From Paraspadella gotoi (Eukaryota > Animalia > Chaetognatha): 26,474 bases of DNA. Location: contig JBJCIZ010000782.1 of assembly GCA_051294375.1 (NCBI GenBank), forward strand, positions 1 to 26,474, read 5' to 3'. The translations under genes were made by a program, and so were the position numbers. Position 1 is the first letter of the stretch, and each line of letters begins with the position of its first letter. The notes under the pieces were generated by a model. It was not told the origin of the DNA and made no database searches. It saw only the letters and a list, made by a program, of their open reading frames with translations. This document shows positions 10,411 through 21,220 of the stretch, piece after piece.

Positions 10411-11640
10411 TTGACGACGGGTTTTTGCTTCTATCTTAGCTCGTTCAGTTATTCTAATGAAAAATATGTCTCTTTTAAAATTATATCCGACACCTAAAAT
10501 TTAATCATCATGTTCATCTAAATTTGGATCTTCAGGCAAAGCATTTTCGCAAACAGAATTTAGATCATCATTTAAATCCTCACCTTGAGAAATATCATGT
10601 GACTTCGGCTTCGCTCGCTCGAAATCAGTTTCGTTGGACCCGATTCCCGTTCCGTTTTCGTCGGGATCTTCATCTGAGGAAAGTAAAACTTCAGGGTGAG
10701 ATGACTTCCACTTCAACAATTCAAACCCCCCCGTTTAAGAGCCTCGGTTAGATATTTTCCATTCTTCTACCGACTTTAACATTGTCAACACTATCTAAAT
10801 AGTCATCAACGTAAAATTTAATAAACATAGCTAAGATAACCTCAGGAGGATAATCGTTTTCAATTATTTTAGCGTGATAGCGAAGGACAAAATTGGCAAT
10901 AGTTGGGCTGCCTCCCCCCCCAAATATTTGGACTAGGCTTTCGTGAATTTCAAGTTCAGTCATTTTTTTATTTTTATACCAATAATAGCGAAACGCGGCG
11001 ACATCCTTAGGGTGAATTTCAATTTGATGGAAAAAACCCTTGATATCTGCTGATAATGTAACCATATTTTTTCTAAATTTCATAAGTATACACAATTAAT
11101 GGATTTAAATTATCTGGTCCTGCAATTAAATAATCATTTAAAGAAGTGCCTTTAGTTTTAGACGCTGCATCTGGCAAATACGAAACTTACCAGGCTTGTC
11201 TGCTCTGGTTACGACATGTATAGGAGTATAATATTCTGGATTGTCGTCATCTAAGTCAAAGTTGGTCGCTTTCCGAGATTGTCCGTCATTAATTGTCTCT
11301 TCCATTGTCTGAAAAACTCCTTCTAATAACTCAGTATTTTTTCGTAGTTTATTAGCAGTCTTTTTTGCTCTATTTTTAGCGTTTTCAATAGTCGCTGGTT
11401 AAGATCTCTAAATATTTTTGCTGTTTCTTTTCTACCCAATTTCCAAGGTGTGGGGGCAATATAATGGCCAGTTTTATGATTAAAACTGATTCCCTCTTCC
11501 AACTGCTTAATAGCTTCAAGGTCAGCTTCGGATGGGTGAGTGACCTCAGACGGATAAATCTCAGTGCCTCGCATGAGAAAGTCGTGACGGAACATGGAAT
11601 GAATTAAATATTCTAAATGATCAGTTTCGGGAATAATGGA
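10411..11640 (-). pseudogene. pol: Reverse transcriptase domain (frameshifted)
   Basis: GHYIAPTPWK, YTPIHVV..KPGKFRIC.DAASKTKGTSLNDYLIAGP, ADIKGFFHQIEIHPKD, FGGGGSP, FYVDDYLDS, LKWKSS, ILGVGY. Confidence 0.95.
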
Positions 11641-11649
11641 ACAGCAGTT

Positions 11650-12237
11650 GATATGTTCATTGGAATCATTAATTTCACTGGCACCAATTAGAGTCCAACC
11701 AAATTTGGTTTTAATAGCGATTGGGTGGCCTTCTGGTCCTACCCTGGTTTCACCCCTACCCAGGCAAAAGCCATTTTAGCGTCAAGAATAACTTCAATAG
11801 AATCATTTTTTAATTCCTCAAACCAAACATCAGTCATGTAATCATATTCTTTAATCTCGTCATTTTCGACATGGTCTGTCATGTTCAGTAGTCATAATGT
11901 CTCCTATTAAGGCACGTTTAATCTCAGTTTCAAAAGATTTATCAAGGGGAGATATTTTAAAATCGCAATAGTCACGCCATGATTGCGTCACGGATTCATA
12001 AGTTGTTAAGTTAGTAAACATTGAATAAGTATTTAAATTTAAAAATATTTGCAATATTAGATGAGACGCAGAGCGAGTCGCTCCTGAGTCTAATAAAGCG
12101 TATGACACAACTTGTTTATCGCCATTTGAAATTATTAGTGGAACAACAGTGTCGAAAAGCACCAGTTGTGGCATACGCTGCTGCAAGTCAGGAGTTTTGA
12201 GAAGTAGGGTTAGAGCTGTTGTCGGTTGTTGATGCAA
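11650..12237 (-). pseudogene. pol: Aspartic protease domain of pol (frameshifted)
   Basis: SYALLDSGATRS catalytic motif; downstream GPEGHPIAIKTKFGWTLIG read across a frameshift. Confidence 0.88.
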
Positions 12238-12239
12238 TT

Positions 12240-15170
12240 AGATTCGGATTGGGAGAGCGATTGATGTGTAGTGTCACGTGGTGTCTTCCGCCGCATGATT
12301 TGCAGCCCAGTAAGGAGCGGCAGTTGATTGTTGAGTGACCTTTATTTAGACAGATAAGGCAAATGTACTTTTCCCTTAAGAAAGGAATGTTTATCATCAT
12401 GAGACATGCTTAAATATTTTTTGCAGAGAGCAAGACTATGAGAAAAATTGCATGCCGGGCAAGGATCACGGTTTGAAGGGTTAGCAGAAGCATTTTGGCC
12501 CTGGTTTTGCTGAGAGGTTTGTTGGTAAGTTTGAGTTTGTGATTGATATGATTGATTTCGAGTTGCTTGATTTGTTACATTTTGAAGTGGACGGCTCATT
12601 CTCAGAGATTGTCCAGCTGTCGTGCGCGGGTTGAAAATGCGGATTTATTTGATTTCTTGAATGTGGTGGGTGGGATTTTGGATTTACATTAGGGTTTGGA
12701 AACATTTGAGCGCCAGTAGGAGATGCTGTTGATGCTGCAGCAAGTCGTGCTGCATAGGGGTTGCTGCGGGAGTGTTGGTAAGTTGAATTTCTTGCAGCAG
12801 TAGACGTGGGTGCTTGTGAAGATTTTAACTCTTTAGGTTTTAAAAAGAAAGCTTTCCTTTCTTGTATTTTTTGAGCTCGTTTTAAAAATGATATAAATTG
12901 AGGAAATTGCATTACTACGTCATCTCTGTCACCATCACGATCTAAGATATCTTGTTCATAGGTTATGCACTGTTTAGCCCAAGCAAAAGCCCAATCTGGA
13001 AATTTAATTCCTATTATTTCTCCGTAAATTTCTTGCGTCGAGAAAGTCGAATCTCTCCCGGTTTCTTTAGCTTTTAAATATATCGTTCTAAATCTAAAAT
13101 AAATGTTTGTACTGCTGCAACATCTCGGTGTCAATCTTGGACCCTTTAGTAAGTCATCCAGTAACTGTCTGGCAGTGAAAAGTTTACGTCCAAAGTTTAA
13201 TTTTAATGCTCTCTTTACCTTTCTTAATGCATCAGTATAGTCACTAGAAGTTTCATATTGTGATATAATAATCTGAGCGTCGCCAGAAAAATATTCTTTT
13301 AGTTCATTCAATCTCATTTCGTCGTAATTCCCTCAATATTAGTCAAAGCATCAAACAAAGACATTTGACTTTCAAAATCTATGTTTTTATCCTTTCCTGA
13401 AAACTTAGTCTTTGGTCGTCTCTGACACATCATATTATAAGATGTTGTTGTAATTGAATATTACATAATCTATTAAAGGCACTGTTACTGTCATTTATAT
13501 TATTTGTGCTAGGATTAATATTATTATTTTGTGGGGCAGCATAGGGAAAGGAGTTGGAATAGTCATTTCGGGAAAACTATTATTTGGAATGACGTTCGTC
13601 GTCATTGTAAGTTGGGGAGTAGGAAAATTAAGAAGAGGATTGCAAACGCTAACCATAGGCGGCGCTTGTTGAGGAAAGATGGTTGGAGCAAAGGTGGTAA
13701 GGGTGGAATAGGTTGTCCATCATGGTTACAGGATGTGAGTTTGGGTGAGTATAAATTGGCGCAAGAGGATTCAAGACTTGAGAGTAGTAAGGAGGATTAA
13801 TGGGTTGCGAAAAGTGAGGGATGGGTGAGTTAGAGGAGGGAGCTGATTATTTTCAGCATGAAAAGGTTGGGGAAATGATTTTGAATTATTGTTTTTAATA
13901 TTTTGATTAGCGGGTAAAAAGTCATTTTGAGACATATTTTGATTGAAACTCAGGTTATCTGGTAAACTTTGATTAATTTTAGGTGACATAGAATTTATCC
14001 TTTCATTCCCTGATACGGGATTTACGAAAGAGTGTGAACTCACCGGAGTTGAGCAGCGTGGTTGTCTTTTTTGAGTAGGAATGTTTTTTTCGGAATTCCG
14101 TTCGGTTGCAGAAACACGAGGGGAAGTCCTAGGAATGATTATTATTAATAATTATCTCTTCTCCCTCTGCAATAGATAATCTATCAAATTCTTGATCACT
14201 GAAATTATCTTTACTTTGTTCAAACATTTCGTAATTTATTAATTCTAATTTTTTCTTTTCTATCTCAAATTCTTTTTCTAATCTTTTTTTCTGTTTTTCT
14301 AGTTCAATTTCGTGTTTTTTCTTTTGTCTTTTTAATTCTGAAAGCTGCTCTAACTGAAGTCTTTTAAACTCACGTTTTTTCTCGTCTATCTGTTGTTTTA
14401 AAGATTCACTTTGTTTGTTAAATTTATATATATTAATTTCCTCATCAGAACAATCGTCCTCAGATGAAATTTGCCGACGCGGTTGATTTCGGTCAGAAAG
14501 AATTGGAATGGGGATGGAGATTGTCTACTCATAACTTGTTTGGAAGGTTTCGAAATCACGGGAGGGTGGTGGAAAAATGAACTCTGGGTAAGTTTTTTGG
14601 AGTTGAGGACGAGACGTATCAGAAAACTCGAAAAAGACGAATCAGACGGATTACAATTCTAGTACGCTGCACTCGCGGTTTCCTCACTAGTGACTTTCGT
14701 ACGGAGTCTTGATTCACTACTAACGTAGGAATTTCGTAAGTTTGAGGGAAATAATCTTCAGGTAAGGAAAATTCAACATGTCTAGGTTCGTGAGTAACGT
14801 GATCAAAGATTTCAGGATAACAGTTACGTTGAGAACGGACGATGGGACCTGTCGTTGAGGAACTGGGAGCCCTTTGTGACGCACGATCAGACAAAACCCT
14901 TTTTGCAACATTCATGACATGGGTTACTCGGTCAGTACCAAGGTGGGTGTAAATTTGAACTGCCTTTGACAGGGTTTCAACTCCCTGGCTCACCCTATTC
15001 CTTGCTTCTAACTCACCTAAAACAGGACCGTTTGTTTCATCAGCATCTACCTCATAACTCATCCTTTCAAAGGTCTCAATGTCCCTAATTAACTCATGAA
15101 CGATCCTACGAATTCCTCGCTCGTTAATATTTTCAATATTCTCAAAAAATTTAGAGTAATCCATGGCCAT
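12240..15170 (-). pseudogene. gag: Gag region of the Bel/Pao polyprotein (frameshifted): N-terminal domain, K/E coiled coil, N/P/S-rich linker, DUF1759-like core, three zinc knuckles
   Basis: ORFs 14619-15170, 13771-14043, 12481-13317, 12342-12599 and 12188-12400. Core RRPKTKFSGK..LKEYFSGDAQIII; knuckles CPACNFSHSLALC, CLICLNKGHSTINC, CKSCGGRHHVTLH, the Bel/Pao pattern. Confidence 0.9.
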
Positions 15171-15490
15171 ACCTTGACGAGTTTGTGATGCGGAGTGAAT
15201 CGTGAATAACGGGAATGATAAAGATAATCCAATGCCTGAGTGTGATTGATGAAGAAAGCAGAAAACGTGGTCAGGCTAAGTAAATTACTTTTCTATGTGA
15301 AAATTTTTATCTAAACGAAATAAGACGGAACGGCGTCATCGCCGATCAGTGACTGACTAAATTTATTAGTAATATTTTATTAAGAAAGAAACTGGTACGT
15401 TTAAATTAAATAAATGTGTAGTTAATTTACGATAAATTAAAATATTTTTCACGTTCAATCAGACAAACAAAGTGATAGTCTTAATTTTAC

Positions 15491-16118
15491 CGGACAGGGT
15501 CGAGCGCTGCTCCGAAATAAACAGGATTAATCACCGTAAGGATAGTAATATTTCCACAGGGTCGAGCTCTGTGATAAATTTAGACAGGATCAATCACTGT
15601 GACATTGTATAACAGGTTTTTAAACACTGTTATGTCCGTAAACAGGTTCTAGCGCTGTTTGATATTTTAAATAATAAAAAACACACGGCGGTCGAGCGCC
15701 GAGCGTCGATCAAGTTCAATCTTTGATCNNNNNNNNNNATTTAAATTTAAGACAAACAGTTCGATCTTGTTTGCCGTTATATATTTAAATATATTATTCT
15801 GTTGCTTCTTAACAACAGCTATATTAATTAATTTTATTTAAATTTCCGCTGAGCGGTCCGGGTCGGACACGGACCGAGATTTAATCAATATTAATTAGCG
15901 GTCGGATTTATTCACAACCGTAATAAAATAATAATTTACCAGGATCGTCCGCTGGTATCATGTTAGGTTACGGTTTCAATACCGTACAGGAAAAATAACG
16001 GGATTTATGACCCTCCGAAATTTCTTATGTCACACGGGTTCAAGCTCCGTGTTTTAATTTTAGAAGACAGGATCGACCGCTGTCTAAGTTTAATATTTAA
16101 ACGGATTTAATCTCGTTT
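15491..16118 (-). ncRNA. Array of about 16 structurally conserved stem-loops in the retrotransposon 5' leader
   Basis: Stems of 3-7 bp with differing sequence enclose, on the minus strand, a 1-nt bulge, G, a mostly 6-nt loop (CTCGAC, GTCGAT, ATTGAT, CTTGAA, ATCGAA, CTAGAA, GACGAT, TCCGAC) and C. AT-rich spacers separate them. Confidence 0.8.
15729..15738. other. Assembly gap (10 N) inside the hairpin array
   Basis: Run of N. Confidence 1.
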
Positions 16119-16200
16119 CATCACTCGCATTCAACACAAATAAATTAACTTAAAAACAGTAATAACCATTTAATTAGAACGAAAGAGGAAGTAAGGATAT

Positions 16201-16209
16201 ACGTACCAG
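16201..16209 (-). promoter_or_regulatory. Candidate major 5' splice donor (CTG|GTACGT) upstream of the hairpin array
   Basis: One mismatch to GTAAGT; sequence becomes AT-rich just downstream. Motif evidence only. Confidence 0.4.
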
Positions 16210-16359
16210 TCTTCACGGGGAAATACTATCGGCTTCGTAACTCATCTCGGTTGCCGATCGCGAGTTGAGAAACGGAAAAATATATTTTTCTGCAATCATC
16301 AGGTCATCTTCGAATAATGAGACGAGGACTGGAAGAATTTACAGATTTATAATATTAAA

Positions 16360-16382
16360 TTCACGAAGCACCGAAAAAATTG
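16360..16382 (-). promoter_or_regulatory. Candidate 5' LTR end (CA) and primer-binding-site-like sequence
   Basis: Minus strand ...ttcctCA atttttTCGGTGCTTCGTGA loosely resembles TGGTGC-type tRNA primer sites; imperfect. Confidence 0.25.
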
Positions 16383-17867
16383 AGGAATAAAAGCTTTTCA
16401 ATGTCACGAAAATACCGTGAGGTGGAGACTTTTCGAGTGCTCTCCCGACAAAACACGCCTCACTGCCCCCCCACAACGCGCGGCTCTCATTCTCTCTTCC
16501 CACTATGGGTAACAGGTCTTGATCAGACACCTCTCAGGGCTTCGCAGGACTGATGAAATGTCTTGAGACCCAGGGGGATCCTGTGGCGCGGGTATATCTC
16601 ACACACCGCCTCACGTTCACTACTCTGTCAAGCCAAATCACATTGCAGATCAGAGGGGGAACACCACCATCCCAGGACAGTCAAGATGGTTCACACTTCC
16701 AACAGTCCTAATGAACTTCACCCTCATGCGTGAGACAAAGCAGACCGTCCATAGAACAGGTAACGCGCCGTGACTGGAGGCTGTTCACTAGAGGGTCGGA
16801 AGCCCCAAAGCACAACAGTGAGACTGCCCATCCAATGGCATCACAGGTAAACCCGGCCTGTTTGCCATACTACTTAGACAAAATGTTTACAAAAATAGGT
16901 GCCGAGTTCCTAGGAATCTATGAAATATTAAACTTTGGAACAACTTACAGAATTAGAGAGACAAAATTGACAGAACGATAATTACTAAATTGGAGGCTAA
17001 CTCAAAAAATACTACATACCCCTAACACCTTCATTCAATGTTTAAACTCGAATGGATTGATGAAGGTAAACATATGATTAGCCAAAAATATTTAATGAAA
17101 CGTTGTTGTTCTAAAAGGTCATAAACAATAATAACTGGTATTTTACATTTATAATTCAAGGTTATTCAATTTACTAACAAGTAGTTTAATAAAATAACAT
17201 AAAATAAAAATATTTTTGTGTCCTATTTTTAAATTTTTTAATGACCATTATTTCAGCGAAAACGTTGCACTCGGCCAATCAGTTTACATCATCGAGTTAC
17301 AGTAGTTTGTATACAAACCAGAAAAGCAATCACTGATGGCACTCTATTACAAGTAAGGATGGAATTTGGCTTAACTCTAAAAATCTGCAATTCTTAACCA
17401 GGTAAAAGATTTTCCTGCCTCCATTTAGAAAATATCAATACTATGTCCCGCATGTCAACAGTCATGAACCAATTTTCTATGAAATTGGTACAACCAACTA
17501 TAAAATTATAAATAAGCTCATGACTCTAGCACATGCTTTGGTGATTTTAGGCCTCAATCACTCTTACAAAGATCAATTACATAGCTGGATCCCCGCAAGT
17601 CTTTCAATCAAGATTCTCTCACAAATTCATTTATTTTTACTTCATTATCCATGAAGTGGAACTGGTTTTAAAAAAACTGTTTTCTAATTGCTATGGACGG
17701 ACCCACTTCCTTAACAGTATTAATCAGAGCAGAGAGAACTTATATGTACTCCACACTAGCATGCAAAATACAGAATTAGTACAACAATAGTAAAATTCTC
17801 CATTTCAGTAGATTAATATTTAGAGACAAAGATGTTTATGTATTTGTACAACGATTTATTTTAATAG

Positions 17868-17910
17868 ACGGACATGTTTCGACTCTTTGGGTCGAGTCTT
17901 CGATCAGCAT
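17868..17910 (-). ncRNA. Minimal type I hammerhead ribozyme of the Penelope-like element type
   Basis: Minus strand atg CTGAT(c)GA a GACTC gacccaaa GAGTC GAAA CATG TC cgt: both core boxes, 5-bp stem II, palindromic ACATGT stem III. One extra C in the core; AATAAA follows. Confidence 0.75.
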
Positions 17911-17949
17911 TTGAAATCACAAACAATTTCAATTGTTTACATTGACTTT

Positions 17950-18150
17950 TTGGAGAGAAAGAAAGAAAGGAGAGAGAGATTGAGAGAGAAAGACAGAGAG
18001 AGAGAGACGAGAGAGAGAGGAGCTTCCAACAAAGAATGAGTAAAGGACAGTGCGTCAGATGTGGGACAGGTGAAAAGTAAGGGAAGGGAAGGAGAGTAAG
18101 GAAATGTGAAATTGGTGTGAAAAAGAGAGAGAGAGAGAGAAAAAAAAATC
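17950..18150. repeat. Imperfect (GA)n / purine-rich microsatellite
   Basis: Runs of gagaga at 17953-18020 and 18123-18141. Confidence 0.9.
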
Positions 18151-19849
18151 AAAGTCAGGGCAAATAGCTTATTTATTAAATGAATGGATAATTTGTATAT
18201 TGTTGTACCAATTTATAAAAAAATAAAAAAATAAAACTAAAGTTAATAACAAAGATTAATAAATAATTGTTTGTGAGACGAGACATCTCGCTTAAAAAAA
18301 AATTCACCATTTTGTCGTAATTAGGAGAATTCCGTTCCTCAATGTCTGACTACCCAATTGCAAACCGCTTTTCCAGAAATTCGGTTAAAAAACACTTGAT
18401 AAACGCACCGATTCGAGAGCGTTACATCTGAAAAGAGCTGTTCCTATTCGTTTTATGGCATTTGATAAAGGATCTTAATATCAAACAGCCAGGGAAATGC
18501 ATACTATCCCGGAGAATTTTCAAACCTCATTTTTCTATAGAAATGAAGGGAAAGTTTACAAACTTACAATTGCACCGGGATTGCTATATGTTCCTGTTAC
18601 ATGGGCGACTTCGATTTCGCGATGTCTGATAGTTTGTGTCTTGAAGAGCTTGTCCTATATTTTTTCTTTTTCTTTTATAATGATTCTTGACATAAAAATG
18701 ATCAGGTTTAAATCGAATAGTCCGATTTGAAGTCGCGAAATTTTAATTTAAAAAGAAATTAAAAGGAAAGGTTGAGAAAAAAACGGATTTTTCCTAATAT
18801 CTTTTGAAGAGAAAATAAAGATAAAGGCGATGGCAATAGTACCAAAAATAAAGCCATAATCATAGGGGGGGTACATACAGATACATTTATAGAATTAGCT
18901 TATGCTAAACCTCCATTACAGGATGAGTGTCAAACTAAGTCAAAATTCTATAATGATATTAAAACTTAATGACACCCCATAAGAATAGATAAAAATTTAA
19001 TTCTTTTTTAATGATTCTGAGAGAAAAAGGCTAAATGTAATTCTAGTTAAAACTGGTAAAGGTTTTTTGGATAAAGAAAATTGCTGACAATTTTTTGTCA
19101 CTTAAAATTTGCTTAGTCTATTTTACAAGCATGCTACAAAATTCTACCAAAATAATTATTGACCCCATCACAGGCCTAAGTATTTATCCTTCTTTTTCAC
19201 CAGCAAAAATAGACAGGATGGTTTACTGAAAGGGCACGGAAAGCCATCAACTTCTTCACGTTGATATTATTTTCAATATAAATATAAGCGAATTTTTTAA
19301 TTATTAACTCTTACAGGCATTCATAAGATATTACACTTTCATAATCATCCCAGATGTAATGTAATTTATATTTTTGCTACCAAGACATAATAAGAATAAC
19401 AAGAGCAAGTGTGGATTCCGTTCGCTCGATTTAAGAAAAATAAATTAACTAGGCGGAATTATAAGTTTGTAAGGGAAATCAGAATCGAGCCGAAAATCTT
19501 TAAAAGGCGAGAATGTTGGAAAAAAAGGGGGTGAATTGTGATTGCTGAGTTTCCCTACAAGATTCCCTCGACCAACTTGTGCAACAGGTCCGAATATAAG
19601 CTGGGCAAACTGGCAGATTTTACAATATTCCCGTCATTCCACACTATCCGAATTATACTAAAACAATTTTTTATTTAAAAAGAAAAAAGTCACTGCTTCC
19701 TTTTTCCGCATATAAGGCGGCTTCCTCAGTTATGACAAATGTGGAAGATTTTGAATTAATGAAAAATTGAAGATATTGAAAAGGAAGAATAACTTAATGA
19801 GGGATAGATATGATTAAAGGATAAGGAACAAATAAGGTGACGAAAGAGC

Positions 19850-21220
19850 TCAAACTGAGCCTGGCCCCACCCTGCAGGGCAAATGAGGCGCTAACAATGA
19901 GCTCGAGTCCTTGCTTGTAATGAGTTGAGAGGACTATATGTGGGGAGTGGGACCGAGGTTGGTGATGCTGAAAGGATCTGCGGATGATAATACCATGCGG
20001 CCACTTAATATTCTCCCGTCGACCCTTCCGATAAAGGTTGCGAGAGCCCTTCCCATCCTGACCGTGCCAGCGGCAGATTGTCTGTTCTGGCTGTTTAGAA
20101 ACAGGAGATACAGACTCCCTCTCCTCCTCCTGCCAGCTGTCGCTGGCCGGCGCTCAGTATGACGCAAAGAGATCTTACCAAGTTGCTGCTAGGTTTGGGA
20201 GATGGCATTGATCGCCATTGCCTGCTAGCGAGGTCTCCGCCTGACACCATTGAGTGGGGACAGGGGAATCACCGTGCGTTTAGGTGGCGTTGGGTGCTCC
20301 ACCACAGTTATTGATTAGTAAATACACTAGACTTGCGAGGGAGTAATTTGAACTCGTCCTCCATCCGGTTCAAAGAGCTCGGCGCTTTGAGTAAATCGCC
20401 TCTCCTAAACTGCTTAGATGAACCAGTTTTGGTCATGGAACGCGCACTTACAAGACAGTCTTCCTCTCTTAAACATATGGCCATATTGTCACATGCTCTG
20501 CAATTGCGAAAGGAAAAACCCTCCTGAATCGCTGATAGGGCTTAGACGTGCTGCTGGAACGATCTGAAACAGATTTGCCTGCTTGACCCAACATGATGCT
20601 GCTGTACAGGCCTGTCTGCGACCCGCCCCTGCACAGGCGCACCCACAGCACGTGGCTCCCTGATGCTCTTTCCGATCCCTCCGGGTGAATTTTGCCCTTT
20701 TGGTTTCACCAATTGCTCAGCGTAGCATAGTCGGGGCGTTGTAACTGAAATGCCAGATCCCGCTCTTGCTAAGCACCCGCACCAATGATATCAGATGATC
20801 CCCCTGGTGGTAGCGGGAGGGACCAACGTGACCCACCGTTTTGGAGACTCTTCCCTGCTTATATTCTTCCGAGTTGTCTCACCTGGTGCGGCGGCCTAAG
20901 ACTCGCGTACCTTCAGCAGCAAAAGGCCCTTTCGTTTCCCGGGGTGCGGTAGGTTTAACTACCCGTTAAGCAGACTACTTGCAACAGCCCCCTTGATTGT
21001 GAGCCACCTAGATCCTCAGCCACGATTCTCTGACCGAGAACCTCGCCCTCTTTCATGTAAGCCACAGAGTAATACTGATGCCAGAGCTCTTTTGATGTGC
21101 CTCAACTTTCGGCGAGCCTGAAGCTCGGGGTGACGGAATCAGAATTCGCCCTTCTGGTAATGCTTACCTAGAAGTTTTAACAAACAGATGAAAAACAATC
21201 TTTAAACAAATGTGCTTACC
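19850..21220 (-). pseudogene. GC-rich degenerate coding-like block, unassigned
   Basis: Visibly higher GC than flanks; long minus frames with scattered stops (ELWHQYYSVAYMKEGEVLGQRIV; LISLVRVLSKSGIWHFSYN); 52-bp gtaagc...ttctag intron-like segment at 21219-21168. Confidence 0.35.

Larger units (their letters stand above)
231..16450 (-). mobile_element. Bel/Pao LTR retrotransposon (gag-PR-RT-RH-IN) with long 5' leader and extended 3' accessory region; interrupted and frameshifted; LTR boundaries unresolved
   Basis: Ordered minus-strand motifs: triple zinc knuckle, ALLDSGA, SLNDYLIAGP, ADIKGFFHQI, YVDD, YDPLG, SDAS, IPKLEL, WRHVPGHENPADLASRG, HHCC, GLDVFGP/SDNGTNF/GGVWER, FWRRWSSEY, WKLGVITEV. 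Outer boundaries are approximate. Confidence 0.95.

Noticed and set aside
15491-16118. CRISPR array or tRNA/B-box cluster interpretation of the hairpin array
   Set aside because: Units are not identical in sequence, spacing is irregular, context is eukaryotic with no cas genes, and no cloverleaf or A-box is present.
16550-16585. CTGATGA hammerhead-like box
   Set aside because: No stem II or GAAA box follows.
17937-18152. 71-aa Leu/Ser-rich ORF
   Set aside because: Translation of the GA/CT microsatellite.
18290-18730. Possible minus-strand exon pair around a 33-nt gtaagt...ctatag segment
   Set aside because: Flanking frames contain stops and show no recognisable homology.
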